DNA of 64,000 nt from a virus: the IMG/VR virus record IMGVR_UViG_3300009529_000001, positions 1 to 64,000 of that record. The stretch is one strand, 5' to 3'. The notes under the pieces were generated by a model. That model did not search any database, was not told the DNA's origin, and worked only from the letters and a program-made list of their open reading frames with translations. Shown in pieces: positions 37,571 through 46,584 of this stretch. The position numbers were made by a program, and so were the translations under genes. How positions within the stretch are numbered: the first letter of the stretch is position 1; the number at the start of each line of letters is the position of its first letter.

Positions 37571-38793
37571 TGAAAATTGGTTGGGTAAGATTAACGATGG
37601 CAACCGAATTGGATTATAATATTTCCAAGAACGGGCTAGGTGAAGAACGTCCTATGTTGTTTAAAGGATTTCTTGACAGAGGACACAAGGTTAAGCTTCT
37701 TACTCCAGTAAAGAAGAAAGATCAAAAAACATTACAAGCTGCAAAAAATGGAGATAGTTTTGAAAATTGTATTGTGGATAATTCTTGGTTAAAAAAATTA
37801 GAATATGATCCAAAGGGATTTGCAGATAATTGCGATGTATTAGTCATAGAAAATGGTCCTTTGAACTTTACCTTCATTGATCCTTTCTTTAAAATACCGC
37901 AAATTAGACGGGCGATTGAAATAATTAATAGATTTGAAGGATTAGTAATATTTTATCAGACTGATCCTTTATTACCGTTTCCATTTTGGCGGATGACAAT
38001 GGCGAAATATCCATGGAGTCATCCCAAAAATACTCCAAGAAAAACAGGAAAGGGATTAGAAACACACGGATGGGGTGATTTTGATGAGATATTTAAGAAT
38101 AAGAAAATTCTTGTAATAGGAAAGTCACCTAAACCTAACGAATTTGCTCGGGCAAATAATGGACCTAGATTTAGTTACAATCGTTTTCGTAAGAAAGGAT
38201 TAATGAAGTTTGATTATCTTCATACAGGATACAATAAATATTTTATGCCACATATCAAACCTGTATTTGAAAAAAAGAAAAAGGATTTAATATATGTAGG
38301 TTTTCCGAGAAGTAGAACTAATGCTTTTAAGAGATATTATGGAAATTATTTAGATAGAACACATGTTTATGGTCCTTGGGATTTAACATCAAGAATTGAT
38401 TTTCTTGAAAGATGTAGATTAGAGGGGATGAAATGGTATGGATTTATAGATGGTTTTCCAAATATAACCAAGGCTTATAGTAGATCAAAAATTAGTATAA
38501 ATCTCATGCCTGAAAAAGCACAAGAATTGGGATGGATCACAAGTAGAGTTTATGAAAGCGTATTTTCAGGATGTATAACATTAGGGGAAGAGAGAACATT
38601 TGGGATAGAAAAATGTGAACCAGCAGAGTTAATGATTGATACATTTAATTCTGATGTAATAATAGGAAAAATTTTAGATTATAGTAAACAAGAATATACT
38701 GATAAAATTAGTGAACAATATGGTATGGTTAGACATTTAAATTATAATTATATTGTCAAGAAATTTGAAAAATTGGTGAAAAAATATGGCTGA
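37570..38793 (+). CDS. T4 DNA beta-glucosyltransferase (BGT)-like glycosyltransferase
   Basis: Compared with T4 BGT from memory: DVLVIENGPLNF~DRLIVVNSSINF; YQTDPLLPF~LFTDIRLPF; DLIYVGFPRS~DVIYGGSFRS; WITSRVYES~FITLRVWET. Confidence 0.8.
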   Translation: MKIGWVRLTMATELDYNISKNGLGEERPMLFKGFLDRGHKVKLLTPVKKKDQKTLQAAKNGDSFENCIVDNSWLKKLEYDPKGFADNCDVLVIENGPLNFTFIDPFFKIPQIRRAIEIINRFEGLVIFYQTDPLLPFPFWRMTMAKYPWSHPKNTPRKTGKGLETHGWGDFDEIFKNKKILVIGKSPKPNEFARANNGPRFSYNRFRKKGLMKFDYLHTGYNKYFMPHIKPVFEKKKKDLIYVGFPRSRTNAFKRYYGNYLDRTHVYGPWDLTSRIDFLERCRLEGMKWYGFIDGFPNITKAYSRSKISINLMPEKAQELGWITSRVYESVFSGCITLGEERTFGIEKCEPAELMIDTFNSDVIIGKILDYSKQEYTDKISEQYGMVRHLNYNYIVKKFEKLVKKYG

Positions 38794-39706
38794 GAAAAAG
38801 ATTCTTTGTATAGCGGATGGCGGCATAGGCAATGTTGTACTAGCTACGCCGCTTGTAATAGCAATCAAAGAACTTTTTAAACGATCCCAGATTACTTTTG
38901 GTACTCGTCCCCCATGTTTACCTATTGTGAGTGGTTTAGTTGATCATATACTTGATGTGACAAAAGATGAATTTGAAAAATATTACGATATGGTTCTTTG
39001 TACTATATGGCATAGTTATTTTTTGAAAAGAAAAGATGAGATCAAATTTGATTATTTTGACAGTATAGAATATAAAGCTCCTCCTGTTACTCATGAAGTT
39101 GATTTAAATATGAGATTATTGGATTCTTTTGGATTTAAAAATAGACGTAATCCTAAACCATACTGTAATGAAAAATATTGTGATATGTATATTAATAAAA
39201 ATATTATCAATATTGGAATAGCAAATGGAAAAGCTGATGATGATAATTGGGAAAGAAAAAAATGGCCTCATTTGTATGAGTTTTTAAAATATTTAAGGAA
39301 GAATTTCAAAAAAGAATATTGTGTTTATTTGTTTGGCGGAGAGAGAGAAAAGAAAATTTTTAAGAAATTAGATCTAGAATACAATGAATATAATATAGCA
39401 GGAAAACTAGAGATTGATGAAATTGCATATCTCATGAAACAAATGGATATTAATATAGTCAATGATACAGGATTAGGACATGTTGCTGGAGCAGTAGGAG
39501 CAAAGACTTTAGTTCTTTGGGGTCCAACAAGTTTTAAAAAGAATAGGCACATTGGAGATGAAGTATATACTGTTGTTAGTGATGCGAATTGTATAGAGTG
39601 TCAAGGATCGGATAGATGGCATAAATGTAAAGAGTGGAGATGTATGGATAGATTTGTTCCTGAATTTGTATTCAAAAAAATGTATGAGTTAGTAGATATT
39701 CAATAA
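38786..39706 (+). CDS. GT9 (heptosyltransferase-like) glycosyltransferase
   Basis: GGIGNVVLATP, HEVDLN, KKWP, NDTGLGHVAGAVGAKTLVLWGPT, C-x2-C...C...CM. Confidence 0.92.
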   Translation: MAEKKILCIADGGIGNVVLATPLVIAIKELFKRSQITFGTRPPCLPIVSGLVDHILDVTKDEFEKYYDMVLCTIWHSYFLKRKDEIKFDYFDSIEYKAPPVTHEVDLNMRLLDSFGFKNRRNPKPYCNEKYCDMYINKNIINIGIANGKADDDNWERKKWPHLYEFLKYLRKNFKKEYCVYLFGGEREKKIFKKLDLEYNEYNIAGKLEIDEIAYLMKQMDINIVNDTGLGHVAGAVGAKTLVLWGPTSFKKNRHIGDEVYTVVSDANCIECQGSDRWHKCKEWRCMDRFVPEFVFKKMYELVDIQ

Positions 39707-39731
39707 ACTTTTTAAAGATAATCAATTATAC

Positions 39732-39760
39732 TTGCAAAATGATTTTCCTACCTTTATATT
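39732..39760 (+). promoter_or_regulatory. Sigma70-like promoter TTGCAA-17-TATATT
   Basis: Intergenic; shares TGATTTTC spacer motif with 57106 and 59046. Confidence 0.7.
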
Positions 39761-39808
39761 ATAACTATGGATTAAGTTATGTAATAACAAATTAGAAGGG
39801 AGATAGGA

Positions 39809-40054
39809 ATGGCGAAACGCAAAAAAGATTCTAAAAAAATAGCTAGAAAAAAAGCTATAGAAAAAGCTTTATCTGACGGGCGCGAAACGGTAATTATCAA
39901 TGAAAGACCGTGCAGCGTGGAAATTATTAAAAACAGCAAGGGGTATACGTATGCGATGAAAGTTTATGTAGAAGATATTGCGGAGATGAAGAAGAGTGTT
40001 AAAGATCTTAATAGTCTCGATAAATCCATAAGGAAAACATTTGCAATTGACTAA
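39809..40054 (+). CDS. Hypothetical protein
   Basis: RBS, downstream of promoter. Confidence 0.7.
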   Translation: MAKRKKDSKKIARKKAIEKALSDGRETVIINERPCSVEIIKNSKGYTYAMKVYVEDIAEMKKSVKDLNSLDKSIRKTFAID

Positions 40055-40103
40055 TTGTTAGTCAGTTTTTTAATGTATCGTTTTTTTAAAAGAGGAGGAA
40101 TTT

Positions 40104-40691
40104 ATGTCGAAGAAGAGTAAGAAGGAAAAGAAAGAAGCAAAGGAAAAGGAAAAAGAAGAGAAGACAAAGAAGAAGACAAAGAAGGAGCCAGAAGAGCGCA
40201 AGGAAGTCATTGTTAAGTGTACAAAAGCTGAACCGATTAGAAAACAGAATCTTGTTCCTCATACTGGTACAAGATTTAAGAAGGGTTCTGCTCGTCAGCT
40301 TGCGTTCGATATTATTGCAAAGGGCGCAAGAAAAGGGAAGGCTATTAGTGCAATTCGTGAGGAATTGAAGAATACACGTAAACCAGATGCTAAGTTCAAT
40401 CTTGATGCTGCTTATCTAAATTTTATAGTTGCATCACATCCGGAATTTTTTAAGGCTTATAACGATGATACGCTTGAGCTAGTAAAAGAGCCTCAAATTG
40501 ATGAGGAAGCTGCAAAGAAGGCTGATGAGGCTGCAAAGGAAAAGAAGAAGAAGGCTGCCGAAGCACGTGAAAAGCGTGAAAAAGCCGTTAAGGGTGAAAA
40601 GAAGAAGAAGGCCGCAAAGCCTGATAACGATGAAGATGAAGACGACGAAGACGACGAAGACGACGAAGACGACGAAGATGAAGATGATTAA
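40104..40691 (+). CDS. Lys/Glu-rich protein with acidic tail (possible nucleoid protein)
   Basis: GAGGAGG RBS; K/E/A-rich arms, (DDE)n C-terminus; followed by terminator. Confidence 0.75.
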   Translation: MSKKSKKEKKEAKEKEKEEKTKKKTKKEPEERKEVIVKCTKAEPIRKQNLVPHTGTRFKKGSARQLAFDIIAKGARKGKAISAIREELKNTRKPDAKFNLDAAYLNFIVASHPEFFKAYNDDTLELVKEPQIDEEAAKKADEAAKEKKKKAAEAREKREKAVKGEKKKKAAKPDNDEDEDDEDDEDDEDDEDEDD

Positions 40692-40720
40692 TGCAGCATA
40701 AAAATTGGTTAAGTTGTTTT

Positions 40721-40753
40721 AAATAAGGGGATTAAAAATCCCCTTATTTTTTT
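40721..40753 (+). terminator. Rho-independent terminator
   Basis: AAATAAGGGGAT-TAAAA-ATCCCCTTATTT then T run. Confidence 0.85.
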
Positions 40754-40764
40754 ATAAAAAGGTG

Positions 40765-40792
40765 TTGCAAAAAAATAAGGGGATGTTATTAT
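40765..40792 (+). promoter_or_regulatory. Sigma70-like promoter TTGCAA-16-(TG)TATTAT
   Basis: Upstream of the sigma-like gene. Confidence 0.55.
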
Positions 40793-40846
40793 TATAAGCC
40801 GTTAAAATTCAAAGGTTTATGGATTATTTTTTTTGAAGGGAAAAGT

Positions 40847-41515
40847 ATGTCACCCCTCTCGAAAGAACTTCGAGAAACAAAGAAGACGTGGTACAAAGTA
40901 TGGATCAGAAATAAACAAAAGATATTGAATATAGTAAGAAAATTGAAAAATAAGTATAAATTCTATATAATGTCTGAAGAAGAAATATTAACGACTGTAG
41001 AATTTAAATTTTTTGAATTATTTTATAAAACATATGAAAATGATAATCAATATCTTCGATTCATGTTTATAATCACTAAGAATATTATAAATGATTTACA
41101 AAGACGTGAATATCGTTTTGTGAACAAACACAGATATGATGCTGCTAAAATATGTGCTCGATTTAGGATAGTAACAAACGATATAATTGATGATAATTAC
41201 GTAAGAATAACAAATGAGATGGCCGTCGATAATAAGTTTGAAAATAATTGTGAAGAAAAATATATTTATCAAGAACTTTTAAAACAAGTTGAAAATATAT
41301 TAGAAAGACCAGTTTATATAGAAATTTTCCATTTAATTTTAAATGATTATAAAGCTAAAGAAATTAGTAAAATTGTAGGAATGTCAACAGGATTCATAGG
41401 ACAAGTAAAACGACAAGTAATTTTTCCTGCCATCAAAGAAGTTCTCAATATTCCAGATAAAAGGTATGAATGGTTATCTGCAAGCGGACGTATTTATAGC
41501 CCAAGGAGGAAATAG
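40847..41515 (+). CDS. ECF-like RNA polymerase sigma factor
   Basis: FMFIITKNIINDLQRR (region 2); IFHLILNDYKAKEISKIVGMSTGFI (region 4 HTH). Confidence 0.7.
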   Translation: MSPLSKELRETKKTWYKVWIRNKQKILNIVRKLKNKYKFYIMSEEEILTTVEFKFFELFYKTYENDNQYLRFMFIITKNIINDLQRREYRFVNKHRYDAAKICARFRIVTNDIIDDNYVRITNEMAVDNKFENNCEEKYIYQELLKQVENILERPVYIEIFHLILNDYKAKEISKIVGMSTGFIGQVKRQVIFPAIKEVLNIPDKRYEWLSASGRIYSPRRK

Positions 41516-41516
41516 T

Positions 41517-41924
41517 ATGGAAGAGAAATTTGGATGTTATGCAAAGGAATTGTTGAGTGATGTAGATGATGAAGAAGGTGGAGGTGAGATTCCAACATTA
41601 AGATTCCACGATATATTAGCATTAGCAGTAGAACTTCAAAAAGCTAAGAACAAAACTTATAAAGATTCATGGAAAAAGAATGGAGAATTCTTGTCGGCAT
41701 TTGAAAATGTTTCTAGAAAATATGATAGAATACATAACGTTGTTATAGATTATGTAGAAAATAGTGCACCTTTACCAAAGGGTGACGCTTCTATAGCTCA
41801 AGGATTAATGGATCTTCTTGTATATGCTGGTTTATGGCTTACATTAGTTGCAGAAAAAAGACCGAATGAATTTATAGAACTTTTGGAAAGTATTGTTAAA
41901 AGTATTGAAGAAACATCAAAGTAA
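41517..41924 (+). CDS. DUF1599 / nucleotide-modification-associated domain protein
   Basis: KNKTYKDSWKKNG...RKYDRI...LMDLLVY; AGGAGG RBS before ATG 41517. Confidence 0.75.
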   Translation: MEEKFGCYAKELLSDVDDEEGGGEIPTLRFHDILALAVELQKAKNKTYKDSWKKNGEFLSAFENVSRKYDRIHNVVIDYVENSAPLPKGDASIAQGLMDLLVYAGLWLTLVAEKRPNEFIELLESIVKSIEETSK

Positions 41925-42003
41925 TTTATAATTGATTTTACATTTGATGTAACACAAGGCATTATAAAGGGTAGTAAATGTTTAACTTTTTAGGAGGAAT
42001 TTA

Positions 42004-42288
42004 ATGGCTTTTCTAAGAAAACCTTGTATTATTAAGTATAGACCTGATCCAGCTAAAACGATTGAAGATAATTTGAAAACTGTATTTGGTTCTATAGCTG
42101 GCTGTGTTGATGATAATGATTTTGAGATAACTTTAGAAATGACGAATGTTGAAGAATTTGATGCTGAAGAAATAGAAAATCTTATAAATGATTCAATGGA
42201 ACTTGCCGAACAAGTAGAAAAATTAGATCTCAAAACGCCTCATAGTGTTACTCCTGACGGTAAACCACTTTTTACAGAAAAGGGATAA
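42004..42288 (+). CDS. Hypothetical acidic protein
   Basis: AGGAGG RBS. Confidence 0.7.
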   Translation: MAFLRKPCIIKYRPDPAKTIEDNLKTVFGSIAGCVDDNDFEITLEMTNVEEFDAEEIENLINDSMELAEQVEKLDLKTPHSVTPDGKPLFTEKG

Positions 42289-42291
42289 ATC

Positions 42292-42462
42292 ATGGCCGAC
42301 AAAAAGGAAGTTGTTAAAGGTTTCTGCATGAAATGCAAGCAGAAGAGGAAGATGGTCGAAACAGAAGAAGTGACCATGAAAAATGGTCGTCCTGCTCTTA
42401 AAGGTAAGTGCAAGTTTTGTGGAACAAAGATGTTCAAGATACTTTCGATTAAGAAGGACTAA
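42292..42462 (+). CDS. DUF5679-like zinc-ribbon protein (56 aa)
   Basis: GFCMKCK...MKNGRPALKGKCKFCGTKMFKI; not in ORF track. Confidence 0.85.
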   Translation: MADKKEVVKGFCMKCKQKRKMVETEEVTMKNGRPALKGKCKFCGTKMFKILSIKKD

Positions 42463-42464
42463 TA

Positions 42465-43412
42465 ATGAAGGTAGCGATCATTGACGGAAATGGTTTGTCA
42501 TTCCGCATTTTCGCTCAATTTAAAGACTCCCCGACAGGTTTGTTAAAAAACAATGTTGGACTTCCGACTACAGTAATTTTTGGATTTTTAAGGTCACTTT
42601 TAAAACTTGCAGAACGTATAAAATTTGATAGTTCTATTGTTACTTGGGATGTGACAGGAAGTAAGTTTAGAAAGAAAGTATATCCTAAATACAAAGCACA
42701 TCGCAAACATAAAGACATGAAAGATTATTATGAGGAGCTTGATGCTTGTCGAGACTATATGAAAGTGTTTGGTTTCAACCAAGCTGTAGCAAGAGGAATA
42801 GAAGCGGATGACGTTATAGCTTGGTTATCTAGGAAATTAAAGAAAGATGGACATAGTCCCATAATTGTTTCGGACGATAAGGATTTTTATCAATGCGCAC
42901 GTGGTGTAAGAATTTTTAGACCGATTAAAAACGAATTTGTAAATACAGAATGGGTTAAAAATGAATTTGGAATCCATCCTAAACATATGGCATTACTTCA
43001 AGCTTTAACAGGTGATAAGGTCGATAATATACCAGGGATCAGAGGGATTGGTCCTAAAACTGCGTCAAAACTTATTAACGAATTCGGAACAACAGTTGAT
43101 AAGTTGGTTGATAATTGTAATCATAAGCGTTGGGGTTCGATTTTAAAAGAAGAACGTGAAAATTTAAAAACTTATCTTCAACTCACTACACTAAGAAGAC
43201 AGTTGAAGGAATATAAAAAATGGGAAAGGAAAAGATTAAGGAAATGTTTGAAGGAAGCTTTTGTAAGAAAACATCCGAAGTTGAAGAAAGTTATTCAGTT
43301 GAAGGAAGATTTGGAACTGGAAACTATTGATATAGTTTTTTTGCTTAGGAGAATAGGTATCCAGGTTTTAGGCAAAAATGGAAAACAAAAAAGACCGGAG
43401 ATAATAGTATGA
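42465..43412 (+). CDS. 5'-3' exonuclease / flap endonuclease (Pol I N-terminal-like)
   Basis: IIDGN, YKAHR, EADDVI, SDDKDF, ALTGDKVDNIPGIRGIGPKTA. Confidence 0.95.
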   Translation: MKVAIIDGNGLSFRIFAQFKDSPTGLLKNNVGLPTTVIFGFLRSLLKLAERIKFDSSIVTWDVTGSKFRKKVYPKYKAHRKHKDMKDYYEELDACRDYMKVFGFNQAVARGIEADDVIAWLSRKLKKDGHSPIIVSDDKDFYQCARGVRIFRPIKNEFVNTEWVKNEFGIHPKHMALLQALTGDKVDNIPGIRGIGPKTASKLINEFGTTVDKLVDNCNHKRWGSILKEERENLKTYLQLTTLRRQLKEYKKWERKRLRKCLKEAFVRKHPKLKKVIQLKEDLELETIDIVFLLRRIGIQVLGKNGKQKRPEIIV

Positions 43413-44134
43413 GTATTGATCTATATGATACAAAAATTCTTGTGACGGGTGGAACAGGTACTTTAGGAAATGAGCTCAAGAACTATATTCCTAATGCTAT
43501 GTATCCTTCAAGAGAAGAGTTTGATATTCTATGGCCTACAATGAGATTAAGAGATTTTTTATGGAAAGAAAAAGTTGCAATGATTATTCATTGCGCTGCG
43601 ATAATTAATGACAAAATTGATAAAGAAGATCCTGAGAGTATGACTCTTGCTTTTAATACAAATGCAGGAGCAGTAGCCAGTCTATGTCATGCTTGTCGTA
43701 AAACGGATACACATTTATTCTATATCTCGACAGACTATGTATTTGATGGGAAGGGATCGAAGTATAAAGAAACTGATTGTCCTAATCCTCAGAATTTTTA
43801 TGCAATGACAAAATTACTTGGAGAAGCATATGTGAGATTTGTAGGCGGTCATGTGATAAGAACATCGTTTTGCCATAAAGACAAATGGCTATTCGATGGA
43901 GCATATACAAACGTATATTCCAGTAGAGATACGGTAGATGTGATCGCTCCGTTAATTGCAAAGGTAATAGCAAGAACTGATAAATGGGGACAAATCCATG
44001 TAGGAACAGAACGTAAAAGTTTTTATGATCTTGCTGTTAAAATTAAACCAGACGTAAAACGTATTAGAAATAAAGCAAATAAGGATACTTCTTTTGATTT
44101 ATCGTTGATGTACAAAGTATTGGAGGAAGAATAA
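43409..44134 (+). CDS. rmlD: dTDP-4-dehydrorhamnose reductase-like SDR
   Basis: VTGGTGTLG, HCAA, ISTDYVFDG, YAMTK. Confidence 0.88.
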   Translation: MSIDLYDTKILVTGGTGTLGNELKNYIPNAMYPSREEFDILWPTMRLRDFLWKEKVAMIIHCAAIINDKIDKEDPESMTLAFNTNAGAVASLCHACRKTDTHLFYISTDYVFDGKGSKYKETDCPNPQNFYAMTKLLGEAYVRFVGGHVIRTSFCHKDKWLFDGAYTNVYSSRDTVDVIAPLIAKVIARTDKWGQIHVGTERKSFYDLAVKIKPDVKRIRNKANKDTSFDLSLMYKVLEEE

Positions 44135-44745
44135 TGGAATTTGAGTATTTAAAGCACTTGAAAGAACGGGGAGAAGATCCCAAAGGATATGGTAAAACAA
44201 ATTATGAAGATTTTTTAAAGCAGGGTAACTATGTATTTAAAGGAAAAATTGAAGGTGTAGAAATAAGAAAACTTGAAAAGTTTGTTGATGATCGTGGATT
44301 TCTTAGCGAAATTTGTAGATCAGATTGGGAAGAAATAATTAAACTTGCTCCTGGAGGAAGAGATGATATTTTAGGTAACCTTAATCAAGTTTACATCGTA
44401 GGTAATTGGAGCAAAGGAACTGTAAGAGCATTTCATAAACATGAAAAACTTGTAGACTTTTTTGTGATTGTTAGAGGAGTAGCAAAATTTATATTATTTG
44501 ATGATCGTCCTGATTCCCCAACATTTGGGATATTACAACAAATTATTTCAGAAGCAGGTGATCTTAAAATGATTACCGTTCCTTCTGGAGTTTTTCATGG
44601 TTGGCAAAGTCTTTGTGTTGAAACTCTTTTAGTCAGCGTAGCAAATGATCTTTATATGGGATATAATAAAAAAGAATACCTTGATGAACATCGTATTCCG
44701 TATGATATATTTGGGAAAAATATTTGGGAAGTGGAATATAAATGA
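44134..44745 (+). CDS. rmlC: dTDP-4-dehydrorhamnose 3,5-epimerase-like cupin
   Basis: DDRGFLSE, GTVRAFHKH, DDRPDSPTFG, VPSGVFHGW. Confidence 0.88.
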   Translation: MEFEYLKHLKERGEDPKGYGKTNYEDFLKQGNYVFKGKIEGVEIRKLEKFVDDRGFLSEICRSDWEEIIKLAPGGRDDILGNLNQVYIVGNWSKGTVRAFHKHEKLVDFFVIVRGVAKFILFDDRPDSPTFGILQQIISEAGDLKMITVPSGVFHGWQSLCVETLLVSVANDLYMGYNKKEYLDEHRIPYDIFGKNIWEVEYK

Positions 44746-44909
44746 AAATGACTTTATTAAATTTTGTGATTTTGATAGTTGTTCTATTTTTATGGTGGGC
44801 TAGTTTCAATGCAGCTAATTGGATAGCAGGACGTTTAGGAGTATATATAACTTTTGGACTTTGGATAGTTGGCGGCATTCTTATTGTTGTATATAAAAAG
44901 GATGAATAA
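44742..44909 (+). CDS. Small two-TM membrane protein (55 aa)
   Basis: ATGA overlap; hydrophobic; not in ORF track. Confidence 0.55.
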   Translation: MKMTLLNFVILIVVLFLWWASFNAANWIAGRLGVYITFGLWIVGGILIVVYKKDE

Positions 44910-44910
44910 A

Positions 44911-45234
44911 ATGAGTAAATTGACGGCATTTATGCTTATTCTTTTTGTATCTGGATTGCTTCTGTTTTTTGTTGGTCTTGGCGTTTCTCGTCCAACAGCT
45001 AAATTTAAACGTGGGGATTTAGTAAGAATAAAAATAAGTGAAGACCAAAAAATTGGGATGATAATAGCACCTGCTTGGTATTTTTCTTCTGGTGTGATTT
45101 ATGATGTAAGAATAACTGTTAAAAGAACAGAAATTCCTTATAATGAATTAGGTAGTGGTGGACCATTAAATGAAACAGAATATCAGATAGTACAATTTGT
45201 AGAATACGAATTAGAAAAGGTAGAATACAAATGA
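44911..45234 (+). CDS. Membrane-anchored hypothetical protein
   Basis: N-terminal TM then KFKRGDLV SH3-like strand. Confidence 0.6.
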   Translation: MSKLTAFMLILFVSGLLLFFVGLGVSRPTAKFKRGDLVRIKISEDQKIGMIIAPAWYFSSGVIYDVRITVKRTEIPYNELGSGGPLNETEYQIVQFVEYELEKVEYK

Positions 45235-46268
45235 ATTGGCTATTAATTTCCGGAGGAGCAGGATATGTGGGGACTTTGCTCCTAAAACGTATTGTTAATA
45301 AATACGATAGAGTCGCTGTATTGGATCCTTGCATATTTGGAACAAATGGCATAGAAAAATATACCAATGTTGTGATATTCAAACGTGGATTTAAGGATTT
45401 TCAAAAAAGAATAAGTGGTTCAAAAACTTGTGCAGGCATAATTCACTTAGGTGGGTTAAGCAATGACCCTATGGTAGACAATAATCCTGAAGCCAATATG
45501 CGAATCAATGTAGAGCTAACTAAGCTGCTTACAAAATGGGCCGTTAAAAATAAAATAAAGAAGTTTTTGTATGCAAGTAGTGCTTCTGTATATGGATTCA
45601 ATGATACTAAAGTTTTGACAGAAGAAGATGAACTTAATCCACAAAGTGCATATGGTAGAAGTAAAGTTGAATGCGAAAAATTTTTAGAAGATTGGGAAGA
45701 AATCAATCCTGTTATGGTTCGTAAAGGAACTTTGATGGGCGTAAGTGATAGAATGCGTTTTGATCTTGTAGTAAATACCTTATGTTGGTACGCTTATTTT
45801 GAAGGGAAAATTAGTTTATTTTCAGGAGGAGAAACATGGCGTCCCATGGTAAATGTTAAAGACGCTGCAAAATTATATGATTGGCTATTTCATCATAAAG
45901 AATATGAAAAATTTTCTGGACAAAAAATAAATTTAGTTCATAAAAATTATAGAGTAAGTGAATTAGGTTTATTTATGAAATCTTTAATAGAAAATGACAA
46001 TAAGTATCCAAAACAAATAGAAATTCATTCTGCTTATGCTATTGAAGAACCACGGAGTTATCAGATCAGTAAGGATAAACTCACTAAATTAGGATTTTTG
46101 ACTTATTTTGGTTTAAGAGAAACTGTAAAAGAAATATGGCATAATCTCAATGATGGAAAGTATAAGATTAATGATCCAATCTATTGGAGTGCAAGGTGGT
46201 TGGATCATTGTAAAAAAGTTTGTAATATTATTGGAAGGAAGTTTGATCCATTAGAAACTTATGTTTAA
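45231..46268 (+). CDS. NAD-dependent nucleotide-sugar epimerase/dehydratase (extended SDR)
   Basis: SGGAGYVG, HLGGLSNDP, ASSASVYG, YGRSK, RMRFDLVVN. Confidence 0.92.
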   Translation: MNWLLISGGAGYVGTLLLKRIVNKYDRVAVLDPCIFGTNGIEKYTNVVIFKRGFKDFQKRISGSKTCAGIIHLGGLSNDPMVDNNPEANMRINVELTKLLTKWAVKNKIKKFLYASSASVYGFNDTKVLTEEDELNPQSAYGRSKVECEKFLEDWEEINPVMVRKGTLMGVSDRMRFDLVVNTLCWYAYFEGKISLFSGGETWRPMVNVKDAAKLYDWLFHHKEYEKFSGQKINLVHKNYRVSELGLFMKSLIENDNKYPKQIEIHSAYAIEEPRSYQISKDKLTKLGFLTYFGLRETVKEIWHNLNDGKYKINDPIYWSARWLDHCKKVCNIIGRKFDPLETYV

Positions 46269-46584
46269 AACAAAGACAAGATTAATTAATACTCTTGGAA
46301 GAGTTTATTACGCTTTTTATTTGAAAGGTGGTAGAAAAAATCCTAAAAGAAAAGATATAGAAGAAAATATATATAAAACAAAATATCCTGATTCTTTGAA
46401 ATCATATCAAAAACTTTTTTCTCGATTATTTATACATATTAATGAAAAATTGACACAAAAATCTTATAAGAAAATAATAAAAATATTAAAAGAAGAAGAT
46501 AAATTAACCGAGAAAAAAAGGCGCGGTTATATTAAGTGCTGGCGTTTAATGGAGAAATATTATGGAGGTTATTCAAGCGAATAG
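46261..46584 (+). CDS. Basic hypothetical protein
   Basis: Coupled ORF. Confidence 0.55.
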   Translation: MFKTKTRLINTLGRVYYAFYLKGGRKNPKRKDIEENIYKTKYPDSLKSYQKLFSRLFIHINEKLTQKSYKKIIKILKEEDKLTEKKRRGYIKCWRLMEKYYGGYSSE

